A stretch of DNA of 64,000 nt from Pecten maximus (Eukaryota): contig NC_047015.1 of assembly GCF_902652985.1 (NCBI RefSeq), forward strand, positions 49,724,001 through 49,788,000. The letters run 5' to 3'. Position 1 is the first letter of the stretch. Every line of letters begins with the position of its first letter. Below, one piece after another: positions 26,413 to 39,729 of the stretch. The position numbers were made by a program, and so were the translations under genes. The notes beneath the pieces are model-generated. The model searched no databases. It saw only the letters and a list, made by a program, of their open reading frames with translations, and had not been told where the DNA came from.

Positions 26413-28803
26413 TTATCCGACGACTGTACTTGGAGTATTCTTCGCTAATGATGGGAGGTATTGGTTCCAGAACTGGACCCTGTCAAGTGTCACGTGATAT
26501 TGTGGCGATATATTGCTGTCAAATCGTTGGTAGAGCCCAGCTACCTGGTCGTATCTTGGCCAATGAGGAAGACCAGGACCATTTGGTGAACTGTAAACAA
26601 AAACAACAGATACAAGATTATTGTTTCATAAAATTATGATTTCTATAGGAAAAGGAAAACTGGATTTCAAATTTGTGTCAGTATGATTTATATTGCATGT
26701 GTTGTGATATGATAGACAGAAATATCATAGGGAAATATTCATATCGTCTCAGTCTTTTTATGTGGTACGAATATTATTGATTAGATATCAAAACAATGTA
26801 CAGTGATCGGTAGCATATTTTACATGAAAGGAATTTATTACATAAGAAAAACTGAGACAGTAAAAACAAACAGAACACAACGTCATACATCATTAAATCA
26901 TACGACGTAAAAATTGCTAGCTGTTTTGATATCAAATGCTGTAAACGTACATCTTTTAGCGGGGAAATTGTTTTAGTGATTTTTCGCTCTGAAAATATTA
27001 CACTTGATTACGATTCTAATCGGAACGTCTATATAACATTTTGCATATATAGTGGATGCATCCATTCATAAATAAGCCAATGTCAGAATTTTTTGTAATG
27101 CTTAAGTTCCTTTGTGGTCGATGGGGAGTGGTAATTGTGTATTCTACAGAAACTGGTTATTACAGTTTTCCTACATAGCGAAAGTTCCATGGGATATTTC
27201 GAAACAGTAACTATCATGCACTTTGAAATTGTATTGAATTTGTTCAGAAAAGAAACATTACAAAACAGTTCTGAGCTTACCCGGTCTTAGCGAAATTTGC
27301 CCAATATGTCATCATGATCAAAGACAGCAATGGGTCATCTGCTTGGGAACCAGCAAACGTGAACAAATAGGAAAGTTCAGCGGCATGGCTTGCCCCAGTG
27401 AACCAAGAAGGGCGTACGTTCGTACCCTGTGGTTCCTTAGTGAACATATACTGAAATGTATTCCTGCCCATGGTCAATCCAGGAGATGAGTGGCAGTCGA
27501 GAGTGCTGACCGTAGGGGCTACCATAATGCCATCTGTGTACATGTCGATGACATTTCTGCTTTGCTCAATGCCATCGACTTGACTGTATTTTTGACAGAT
27601 GGCGTCAGCGACAGCCTTGTTCCCATTGTAGACGTCTTTCGCATATTCTTGAGAAAGAACATCACATAGAATTCGAGTTGGTATACCAAGTGAAACATTA
27701 AAATGATATTGACGTTCTAAATCGTTTATGTTGCTGTCCAGCAGAAGTGACCCTTCAGCGTCTGTATTGCCAAATATAGCATCCAAGGATCGGAAGAAAC
27801 TGGAGCCCGCTGATGAGATATTGGATATTACATTTTCGGGAAAAGCTTTAATAAGATCGCCATCAACTACAGGTGCGTCTCTCAGTGCTATCCTATTGTC
27901 CGTATACTTTTCTTCGTCTAAATCCATTTGAGCTCTTAGAATTTCCGCAGCGGATTTTCCTCTCAAACACTGAACGAGTAAAGATGAGTCGACATTTGCA
28001 TCATGTTCATTTATGCAGTGGAGGAAAATACCATATCCTCTAGACACCTTCTTAGCCTCTAAACTCATTGCTAAAGGAGAATTAGCAGGTCCACTTTCAC
28101 CGATAACGCGTTGGAACAAGCCTTGGTTTTGTGGATTAAGAGCATGCAGTGCAACACTCATGGAGCCAGCTGATTCACCGAAAAGTGTAATTGAGTTCGG
28201 ATCCCCACCAAATGCAGCGATGTTTTGCTTTACCCATTGAATTGCAAGACGCTGATCCCACAGACCGTAATTTCCCAACGAAGCATCGTCCATTGTACTC
28301 AGAAATCCGAGAAGTCCTAAACGATAATTCACCGTGACAACAATAACATCTCCTACATTAGCGAGGGATGATGCGTCGTAAATGGTGCCTTGGCCCAGAA
28401 TATATCCCCCTCCATGTATCCAAATCATCACACTTTTCCTGTTCGTAGGAGAAGCATTGTATGGTGTGTACACATTTAATTGTAGACAATCTTCAGACAT
28501 TTGCCTATTTTCGAGTATGTTTGAAACATATTTTGGATCTTGCATACATGACGGTCCGAACGATGTTGCATCCAGGACATTTGTCCAACTACCAAATGGA
28601 ACTGGTTTTCTAAGCCTCAAGTCTCCGACAGGTGGTTTAGCATAAGGAATATTTCGATACTGATATACTAATCGGTCTCTGTTCTGAATGGCAATGCCTC
28701 TGACGGGTCCAGATGGAGTACGTACTGTCTTGTAAGTTACGCAATTTGCTACACTTACAAGGACCGCCACTAACGGTAGCCATATTGCCTTGTACACCAT
28801 CAT
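26413..28803 (-). CDS. Carboxylesterase type B, paralogue B (intact, secreted); coding exons 28803-27281 and 26590-26413
   Basis: 508-aa exon ORF with signal peptide, FGESAG, NTDAEG and GASHAAEL; close paralogue of A; C-terminus TPSTVVG*. Confidence 0.93.
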
Positions 28804-30781
28804 ATTTTCTGAATAATCTGAAACAAAAAAAATGTATTCATTTTATCCACCACTCATTCACAGGTTACCTTTCTCGGTTACGATTAAGCTACCCTTGCTA
28901 TAAAATTCACTTTCGCTCTCTGTACAACCTGAATTTGTCATGGCAAAATTTAGGTCTGACTAACCGCCTTCTTGTGGATAAAACTAACAGACTAGATCGA
29001 TACTTTGATATACATTAAACAAGTCTCGAGTTTGCCATATCGAAAGCTTAGCGATCCGTTATGGTGTTTTCCTGACACGTATGTCTTCGATTTGTCATAT
29101 TCTACGGGAACAGAGAGCTAGTATGAATGTTGGAGTTAAAAGTGATTTATATATGAGAATAATTATCAGTTTTAAAAATTTACGAATAAATTTGCAAAAA
29201 AAAAACCAGCTCATGTGATATACAAAATTAATGACTGGACGTGTAGTTTGTCAAATTGTTTATATTTCACAGAATATACTATAACTTTCTTCTTTAGAGT
29301 TACTTTGTGGGAAGATTTAGTAACAATTATTAATCACACAAATGATCAAACCAAAAAACAGAATAATGCTGCTATGCTCACAATCGTTTAACCTTATTTG
29401 ATTTTATGTATACATGGACACTTTTTTTACCTTGAAATGCGAATGGCGGCTATGAAAAATACAACACAAATATGGCTTAAAGGAATCAATTTCAATCATT
29501 AACTCATATTTCTTTCTTTTAAGACACCTGATTATAGAAAGGACGATGTTTAAGGCCTTTTTCGGGAATAGGTATCTTTTAATTCAAACTCAGCAACTGA
29601 ACATTTTTACATAAAAACAATCTTCTTACCATGTTCAGAACCATTGATGGCGTCTAATAAGAACATTTGTTATGCCAGAAACGTCTCCCTTTTTGCCATA
29701 TTAGTGTAATATTATCTATCGCCGCTATTTGCATTTCATGCTCAAAATAGAACCATTGTTTAGGCACATGTAAAGTCAAACCAATGATTGTATTGCATAT
29801 CATAGACACTTGTGACTATTTTGTGCATTAAAACGTGATACAACTGAACTAATTATGTTCTCCTGAAACATGCATTGTGTTAAAAATTGATCAAAATTAC
29901 TTCTATTAATTTTTTCAATAGTAGAGATGGAATTGCTTGTAAATGGATGTCCCTTTAAAGTCGCACATGCTGTTACATAAATTACTGACAATAATAATCA
30001 TTTCATACAATGGTATTTTTATTGAGCATGCTTTATAAACAATTAGAGATGAACCTGATATCGGAGATTATGGTTTTTAATATCAGCTATGAATAGAAAT
30101 GAAACCGACAGTGTATTACATTTTGTTCATCACACGTGACGAAACGGATTCAACCAATATTTACGAAAATTACAAAATTGCTCAAATTCCGAGCATCAGT
30201 TCCGGTTTCACACCCCTATCGTTCCCAGAGTGGAGAATGGACCAGCACCACGATAGAATACAGTGTTATATCCGTTATTCTTTACGGACTCTATCTATTA
30301 CTTTATTCCGATATAAACATTAATTACTTGTATGCCTATTGTACTATACACAGTTTAGCTAGCTGCTTAATGTGTTCATACGGAGAGAAATATAGTTTAC
30401 ACGATTGCGCGTCATCAAATCTATACATGTATACCAAGTTATAGATATTAAAGAAATGCAATATTCAACTTTGCAATATGTTTACTTAATTTTAAGATAT
30501 TTTGTTATCATGTGGATTGCAAATTGTAAATGTTGCATAATGTTTGAGCTGCAAACCAAAGTATAAGTGCGATTTCAAAAAAGAAAAGTTTAGAAGGCAA
30601 ATCAAGAAATATTCACAGTACTCAGAAGAAAGGTTTTAATTCAGAAATGGTGTAGTACATTTTATAATGGAATCTTAGAACTAACGCCTTCTACAAATGC
30701 GGAACTTCTTAAATATCCATAACCTATACATTATGACAATATTGTTATATTGGCATATTGACCGACTCTTTGAGGCCTTAC

Positions 30782-30865
30782 CTTTGATGTTCGTTCCGGT
30801 CTTATCCAGTCTCAGGGAACAACTGGCAGATATCGGGTTGGTAGGTAGGGTCAATTTATGGATAA
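30782..30865 (-). promoter_or_regulatory. Putative core promoter and non-coding exon 1 of esterase B
   Basis: Homologous to 22587-22670: donor AG|GTAAGG, ccagtt Inr-like, cataaat TATA variant, adjacent GATA sites. Confidence 0.55.
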
Positions 30866-31535
30866 AACTCGCGATAAACATGGTCTAACATTTGCGCCAC
30901 CAGCCTAGTTTCACATATGTAGTATACTTATCTTAATCTCCTGTGATACCAGGGCAGTGTCAACAAATAAATGGACATGTGTATCAAGTTTGTCAAAATA
31001 AGGAAAACTGGACATTCAGCATAAACCATGTGTATTAATTCAAATACGATTAGCAATATCTTCTGTGAAGAATCTATACCTGGTATTACTGAAAAACTTA
31101 TCTCAGATTTTAAACAAATACGAAATCTTCGTTAACATCCTTAAGTAATTTAGAAATACTTAGATCCGTCACTGAGATGAATTTGTGAGGCTTAAAGGTG
31201 AAGCAAATCGTTGATAGAGAACAAATTATACACGTTTCATAGATAAGTCGACATACTTATAACTTGTTATGTTGAATTCCAATTCAACCCAAATATAGAA
31301 ATACGTTCTGTGACATCTAGGTAGTTTTTGATTGAATGTCAACCATCAAAGATTTACCAAAAAATAAAAAACAAAAACAAAAACAAACAAACAAAAAAAA
31401 ACAAAAAAAACAACACTGTATGTGCATCATCTCGGAATTATTAAGAGCTTGAATAAATCGTGCCAGTAAAACAAGGAAATTCTTATTACATAATAATAAA
31501 GTAATCCGAACGAGGAAGAATGTTTTGGTGAATGC

Positions 31536-31989
31536 ATAGAGGATATCTAACAGTGTCTTCAGTAATACCAAATATATTTCACGAGTGGGGCTAATATTTT
31601 GATATTTTTCACGAGTGCGCAGCACGAGTGAAAAATATCAAAATATTAGCCACACGAGTGAAATATATTTGGTTTTACTGAAGACACTGTTAGATATTCT
31701 GTTTATTACATTTTTTATCAACGAAAACCCTACCCCGTATGCTAACTAGGACTACAACGATAATTTGTAAACAAAAAAAGTAGTTTCCCCTGTCCAGGTG
31801 CTGACATAAATGTCGGGCTTTCTGATTGGTCAATTATTTTGGAATTTTCTAATCATTAATTTGATTGGTCAAATCAGCAAAAGTGATATTTTTCACTAGT
31901 GAAAAATATGATATTCTTCACTAGTGAAAAATATCACTTTTATAGAATGAATATTTTTTGATATTTCACTGGTAAAAATGTAATAAATA
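31536..31989. mobile_element. Palindromic non-autonomous element (possibly Crypton-like)
   Basis: ~80-bp-arm near-perfect palindrome at 31536-31703 centred near 31618, plus internal ttcactagtgaa palindromes and a tttattacatt/aatgtaataaa pair. Confidence 0.5.
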
Positions 31990-33044
31990 CATATATTTGA
32001 TTGTCGACTGGTGAAACGATTATCCCATTTGACTTTCACCAAGAAGGTCGGAAATTCTATTAATCGATTAAACATGAAAAATAGCAAGGTTAATGTGTCA
32101 CCTGACCGACAAAGTGGATTGTCAATCGGGAACCTTCGGCACTTTCCCTAAACTAGAAAGCGCCGAAGGTTCTCGATTGAGTTTGACTGGGTTGTTTGTC
32201 GCTGTGTACTCAAGTTTGGTTCTCGCATAACCATCTTTCGTGCGCTTTGATATTGTTCAATAGCAATGACGAATGCAAGCTGGCATCATTTATTGTAATG
32301 TTTTGTTAAACATTCTGAGAGTATTGCTCAAACCATGCATGTCTCCTACCGAGCCTTACATATATTAAACGTCAGAGTAAGATATTATTGTTGTTGAAAA
32401 TGTAAAATGCAAATTGTCCACATCATTATTATTATTACGTGACAAGTGAAACATTATAAAACTAAACAGATGTTTTAACATGACAATTTGAAAAATAAAC
32501 GACTTCGCCTTTTGCCTCTTATGGACCAGGAACACATTATAATAATTAATGTACTCTAACTTGTTACCTCCCTCCCCTCCCCCTCCTCTCAAATGTATCG
32601 TAGGATATTTAATCAAAGAAAAAGGCATTGTCACGGAGATTGAAAGCCATCTCTAAGGACCTCAACATTGCACATATCTATGCTCTGTTGTTAAGCAACC
32701 ACGAAAGTTTATTGAATTATTTCAGGTGGTTTTGAAGATGATGTATATTAGCAAAGTAGGACAACCCTGACGACGGAGGAAGACGACAGATAATACTCAT
32801 GATATTAACATATTTACCACACAGGTATGCCTGGTTATAGTCAAACCGATCCTAAAGTTTTAGAGTGGACACAATTTCCTGTATTTCATAATATAGCGTA
32901 TAATGAGAGGTTTGAGACCTTGACTTTAACACGACAAACACAATTTGGATAACAAGTTTGCAATGCCCCGTCCCTCTATGAGTGGTAACAAACTAATGAA
33001 GCGCATCGTGCTTTATGTTGTTCAACAAAATGGTCTAAGACCTT

Positions 33045-33438
33045 CGCATGTGGGTTAATGTTGCATTTATAATTGAAAAAACCCACCGTCCTCGTTGTTG
33101 TCATGGCACCCGATCCAAACTGCGATTACGTGTGCACCGACAAAGTGAAACTTGAAATCTTGTGCGAAACATGCCGATTTCTCGTAAAACTACCTTCATA
33201 TCTCGTAATGATTGAGTTGTTTTATGATATCTAATCAATTAAGAATAAAAGAAATATTACAAAAACAATCAAAAATATAAAATGAAGCCTTCGTTTAAGG
33301 CATTGCAGACACAACGCGTTACATGTAAACAATGTGACGTCATCGGAATAGGCAAGTTGAAATAATGTACAACAATGTATATTTTACATGAATACACTAA
33401 TGAGCAACAGAATGGGACACATCATTAACCCACATGCG
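33045..33438. mobile_element. MITE-like element with 16-bp perfect inverted repeats
   Basis: cgcatgtgggttaatg (33045-33060) and cattaacccacatgcg (33423-33438). Confidence 0.5.
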
Positions 33439-35268
33439 TTGACATTTGAGTAACAAAACTTTAGTATTCAGCTCATCTTCTCAAATCGGTTAACATCACT
33501 TAATATTTACGTTAACTAAATTAAAAACTTCGCCATCCGATTGCAAAATTCGGTCGCAACGGTGTGACATAAGTGCGTCACTTTGTAACATTGTTATACT
33601 TATCGTTCATGTGTGCACAGTAGTGGAACAGCAGACAGTCAGCTATTCTCGTCGCCAAGGCAACAACTAAAATATAGTGCCATACACGTTTTGATTATTA
33701 CGATGTTGATACACATACAGTGTACATACGATATTTTCAAGGGAAAATATTCATTTATAACAAATATTTATGATATTGTATAATTAAACCTTACCAATAC
33801 CCATATGAATACGTATTTAAAGTGCATTGTTGACAGTATAGTATGTGTGTGATTTGGTCACACGAGACACAGGGACTCGGTTAAAAAAATGAGCACAAGG
33901 TTCAGAGAAATATCACAACATTAAAAAGCAGTGCTTATATACTCTCTAAAAAATTCGATTTTGTAAGGTTTTAATAATATGAATGAATGTTGGATCTTTA
34001 GTTTTTCGATTATTTAAAGATGTCATATGTTACTAAAAAAATAACCCCGAACCCCTGTGACCGTATGTGATGCAGTCTAATAGCAGGGATTTTCAGAGCA
34101 CGAGAAAAAGTGTAACAATGTGGATTTTAGTCGCAAATTAGCTGATGATTTACATAGTATTCTTGAAATATTGGATTTCATTGTCGCACTGGCGTTTGGG
34201 GATGTAAATTCTGATAATAGTAAGTAAAGAAAAATTGATTTGAAAATTGGCGGTATTCGACGGCCGGAAACTTGTGTCCTCCATATGTTTAGATTGAGTC
34301 AAATTACGACAATAATGTGTCCCTGTGCTCGATATAGCATACCTGCTGCTACCAGTCGGTTTTGTGTTGTTAAATAGTGTTAAAATTGAGGTTTATTTTC
34401 TGTGACCACTAAAATGGTATCAAGCATGATATTCGAGTTACGGCTAATGTTAGACCTACTGGGCTAAATGTACGTAGGTCTTGAGCTCGGTGCTATCGGA
34501 AGTGTCAGTGTTCTGTCAGATCCTGGCATTATACTGGCATTTTTTATTAGCACATAAAGCGGCTATTCCCCTTGTGTTCATAAACGCTTATAACAATGTT
34601 ACACAATTCACAAAATGAAAGTGCATTCAAGTCTGAGGCGGTAGAGAACTCGATCGCCATTGTAAATTCAATGTATTCACACGCCAGCAAGAAAGTGATT
34701 CGTCTCTCAAAACATAAGCACGCGACCCAAAATCTTCAACGGGGAATAAAGTGATCTGAGCTTACTATGTTCATTGAGGCGAAGCGAAGTGAAAATGTAA
34801 ATATTCTGATATGAGTGGTTACAACATTATAAAACGGGCACAAAATAGACGCCCGTGCGCTGATAAAGCAGATCACTATAGGGGTATCTGGTTGACCCTA
34901 CCGGTAAATACCTTAATATACTCATGTAAAACAGATAGACGTCAAGACAAAATGGTTCACTGGTGTCCAGATTGTTTTCCTAGTGATACAAATATTAGGC
35001 AAGATAAGTTATTCATGTTCTGATATTGAGTACTGATATCGCTATACCTGCATTCCTGACACAGAAAGACAAGCTATTGAGGTAAATGTATATGTAATCT
35101 GATCAGTTGATAACGCGTAGTAAATTTATCAACTAAACTAAAGCTATACTACCATGCACATGTAAATTAGTGCTTTGTTTGAAATATTTACACAAATAAC
35201 GATACATCTTTAAAGATGTATGTGTGTTGTTCTAAAATATAATTGTTGTTCCCTTCTTTATAGACTTT

Positions 35269-37277
35269 ATGAGGATGTTGATTCTAATATGGCTTCTATC
35301 GATGTCAGACATGACGCCGGATGTGAATAGTCAAATGAACAAGAAGACTGTTGACACACCGTTAGGACCTATAACGTGATTGACGACGCCCATTCAAACT
35401 GGAAGTATATCTCAATTCCGCAAAATCCCTTACGGGAAAACACCTGTTGAAGACCGAAGATTCAACAAACCGGAACCGTTCGGAAAATGGACTGGAACAT
35501 ATGATGCAACGAATTTTGGCCCAAACTGTGTGCAGGATATGAGTATATCATTCAGATCTGGGGATAATTTTCTTCCCAACTATGGAGTGTCCGAAGACTG
35601 CTTACATCTTAATATTTTCGTTCCAACATCAGCGTCGCCCACAAGCTTGAAGTCGGTAATGGTGTGGTTGTACGGGGGTGCTTTTGTGTCCGGACAAAGT
35701 GGTATATACGATGGTTCTGCTTTGGCCTTCAATGGTGACGTAATTGTGGTTACTTTGAATTACCGCATTGGTCTCCTGGGATTCTACAGCACAGGAGACG
35801 AAGCTGCACATGGTAATTATGGATTGTGGGACCAGCTTCTGGCATTGCATTGGATCAAAGACAATATTAGGGCGTTCGGAGGTAATCCGAATTCAATAAC
35901 AGTATTTGGCCAATCTGCAGGATCCTTGAGTGCTTCAAATTATGCTCTGAATCCAAGAAAATAAAGGAATGTTTCACAGGGTGATTCTTGAGAGCGGGAC
36001 AGCAAATCAGGTAGCTGCATTCAATCTTGAAATAAATGCATATGCCAGAGAGTACAGCATTCTATTAAATTGTACAGATAAGGGCATTAATCATCCTAAC
36101 ACTACAGAAATGGTGGAATGCATGCGTACTAGATCGGTGAAGGAAATTATAAAAAGTCAGCAAGACCATGTCGTCAAAACATACGCTAATTTCGTCCTCG
36201 ACTTTAGTATATTCCCTGTTGTGGATGGAGAACTAATTCCAATACACCCAAAAATTATTTTAAAGAATACCTCATCTCCAGCATACAAATTCCTACAGTC
36301 TCTTGATGTTATTGGAGGAACAACCAGCGGTGAAGGTTATTTGTTGCTAGATTACCATGGCAAAAGCATGGAAAGACTTTGGGGACTTAACTTAACAGAA
36401 GGCCTATCAACTGCCGATTTCTGTTCCAGGATAGCACCAGAAATGGCCAATGACTTCTACCACAGCCATCCGCATGTGGCCAATGACATTTGTCAGATGT
36501 ACAAGTCGGGTGTAAGTGATCAGGACCAAGCCCTGAATGTTACAAAGGCGTATGGTGATATGATAATGCAGGCACCAACTGTTTCGTTCCTAAAACGCCA
36601 TGCTAAAAATAACAATCAGACCAAAACCTTTCAGTATCTTGTATCCCATGGAAATTGTATCACCAAAGTTCGCCGGGATCCACCCTGGTTCAAGGGTGTT
36701 CCTCATGCTGGTGAACTGCCCTACTTGTTTCGGCCAAAGTTCATTGGAATACTCATCGATACTTGTCCCGAAGACATCTTATTGTCGGCTAAATTTATCA
36801 AGTACTGGAGCAATTTTGCCAAGACTGGGTATGTCATATCGCAATTACTTCAATTGAATGTTGTTTTTAAATCGCAGAGTTATATTTTCGTCATTTCTTT
36901 GTTTGAGGTTCTTATATTTTGTTGGACATAAAAGGTACTTCATCCATCCAATTAATCTAATTTATTATAATTCCGTACATGATTATTTTATCATCTATTT
37001 ATTTTTCAACAGTAATCCGAATGGTCCTGGTTTACAACAATGGCCATTGTTTGATCTGAGAAGGTTTGGGTACCTGAACTTCGATAATAATATCACTGAC
37101 CAAAAAAAACTCTATTGGGACCGGGTTCAATTTTGGAACTACCAAATCGATAGACAACAGAACGCAACGTATGATAATGATTCACAACTTAACAGGAGCA
37201 ACCCCCAATTCCATCAATATGGCATCATCATCTGCTTTGTTACAGCACTGCTCGTGTTCCTTCTGTTTGTGAGATGA
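35269..37277 (+). pseudogene. Carboxylesterase paralogue C (GPI-type tail), disrupted; exons 35269-36828 and 37013-37277
   Basis: ATG 35269 with signal-like MRMLILIWLLSMS. TGA at 35377-35379 replaces a conserved Gly (GPIT*L). Extra A near 35960 in NPRNKG. Triad GQSAG/TTSGEG/GVPHAGEL is intact. Tail ...NRSNPQFHQYGIIICFVTALLVFLLFVR*. Confidence 0.85.
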
Positions 37278-38500
37278 ACTGTGAACAGTTACCGTACACT
37301 CTATAAGATAATTCCAATATCAATCATAAAATAAGGAAAATGGATCTGAATAATTTATAAATTGTATAAAGCATATTAACACCACGTGTATATCTATAAC
37401 TGTGCTCTTTAGAAATGGTATCTATGACATTTTACATATTCAACTTTTTGTATTAATACCTATTTTGTCATGACAATGAAACAACTATACCATTGTGATT
37501 TGGATACAGTGATCTGCAATGAATTCTAAATGATTCCATAAATATGAATTAGGAAGTAAACCTTTTATAGTGTTTATTGATTTCTAAGCAGTGTTCAAGT
37601 ATAATTTATGTTAAATTGGTTCACACAGCTGTTTCGTTCTTCCTAGGACCCATTAGTGATGTTAGGGGCCGAAAATGTGGAAATCTAAACGGGAAGTCCG
37701 GAAATCAAAATGACTCTAGAGAAATGTCTACCTACCGATATTTTAACTTTTATATCATCTCGATGATTTGTTTTTCCAAGTTTTCCATTTTCATTATAAT
37801 CAGACAGATCATATCGCTAAGGTAGTAAATGGACACACGTCGAATTATCTGTGGATTCCTTTAATCTTTAACGGCTTTGACAGATAGAAAAGGAGGATTC
37901 AACCATTTTGATATCTATCTTTTATCATCCTATCTTTTATTAATACTCCTTTTTATGCAGCTGTTCCATATTCTCTAAGTTATCATGTTGGAAAATATAT
38001 CCTAAGTAGGAGACACAAAGCCTTTAACGACGACTTTCCAATCGGCAACATTTAAGATTAAAATTGACACTTATATTAACAGTATCGGTACGTAGAGACA
38101 GGTCCTGGCGACCGTAAAATTTCCTCATTGACGACTGGAGATAAAGAAACCTAACTGCATGTGGACGTCCCCAACATCGGTATTTAACTTACTAGGTCAT
38201 AGTTACATGTTAAAATCTGGAACGTTAAGGTTCAATATTAAATGATATTTCTGCAGTAAGTGATCACATATCCAGTGAATATACATGGCGGTAAAATAAG
38301 AGATTAAGGAATAGGTATTGTGTTTTTGAAGAAAATAGAAACTCGAGGCTATTTGGATCATTCTCAGGCGCAATTTAGGTATATGTGGTTTTGTATATTG
38401 TTTAAACATATTTATGTTTATCTGTAAAGATTTTTCGAATACTTTATAAATAAATAGCTGTTGTCATTAGTATATCAGAGGGTGGAATTAAAAGTATGTA

Positions 38501-39729
38501 CTGTAAAAGTGGATATTTTCGCGCGTTGAAATTTTCGCTTAGTCAGCCTCCAAACTGTTCGCGGTGTGGATATTTTCGCGCTGTCAATTATGATGAAAAT
38601 ATATTTTCGCGCTGCGATGTCATTGGCCATGTACATGAAGTATGATTATTATCGGCAAACTCCATTGAAAGCTCGCGACGATCGGTCCAGTTAATATACC
38701 ATACTTTGATCAACAGACACGTTTAGGTTAATTGGTTGTAAGTGTGATCATTGCATTACGTCTTAGTGACAGAAAAAAAACATCAATATAAATAAAATAT
38801 TTAAGCGTTGTTTCAGTTTTTTACGTTGAAAATACACCACATACGAGACACCTGATTGCAACTGTAGGCCCCGATAATGTATAAATAACTTCGTTATCAG
38901 TACTCGTACGGTATGGTAAATTAAGAAATCGTCCGTGTATTGTTGAATGCATTGTTAACTAAGTATTTTTATTATTTAATTGCAACTGAAAATCTCTTAA
39001 TTATTTCCAATCAAACTATTACCTGTAAACCTGCTCCCTCAAGCTAGGTAGACAGGCCACGCGAGGTGACACTCGCGGTCATGTTGAAAGGATCGGACGT
39101 CCGGTCATGCCGAGTGACGTGTTATACTTTCATGTCTAGTCAAAACAACACCAGGTGTCCCAATTAGCGATAGTTGATTTTGCAGGTATCAAATAAGTTC
39201 GGTAGTAATTAAATACGACAATTAAAAAGCAGACATATTGATGTTCTGACCTAATTTTACCAACATACTGTATATAGACCTATTTCTACAGTAGCCCTTT
39301 CGTATTTTCAATATATTAAACGGATCATTCGTTACAGTTAACTATCGGTGGTTTCTGATTCAAATAAAACATATAACCACGCGGAGACTCAACATTAACT
39401 TTTTTAATACAAGCAAGTTTATCTATTTTGTCACAAATGAAACGTGTGCTGTTTTGGGGCCTATAGCTTCACAATGATCAATCAACATTAAACTAGATGC
39501 AATATTATCATTTTACTAATTATTCAAATTAGTATAGCAATGTCTCAGACAAATGACCGACCATGACAACGTTACACAGCACGGACGACATGGTTTACAG
39601 CAGGAACTTTCGTCTTGGATGTGGAAATATTCGCGTGCCAATATTCTCACGTGTTATTATATTCGCGGAAATTTAATGATCGCGAAATAAGCGAAAATTT
39701 CCACGCCGCGAACATTTCCACTTTTACAG
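38501..39729. mobile_element. Tc1/mariner-type (pogo/Tigger-like) non-autonomous element with TA TSD
   Basis: TIR ctgtaaaagtgga...tccacttttacag flanked by TA (38499-38500, 39730-39731). Absent from the paralogous site near 46045. Confidence 0.85.

Noticed and set aside
35377-35379. In-frame TGA in esterase C as selenocysteine or readthrough
   Set aside because: It aligns with a conserved Gly (G-x-[IV]-x-G), not Cys; the gene also has a frameshift; no SECIS element was recognised.
36829-36931. Intron-retention hydrophobic tail in C/E (YVISQLL...LIFCWT*)
   Set aside because: T-rich intron DNA translates as hydrophobic by default, and its presence in E is explained by recent duplication.
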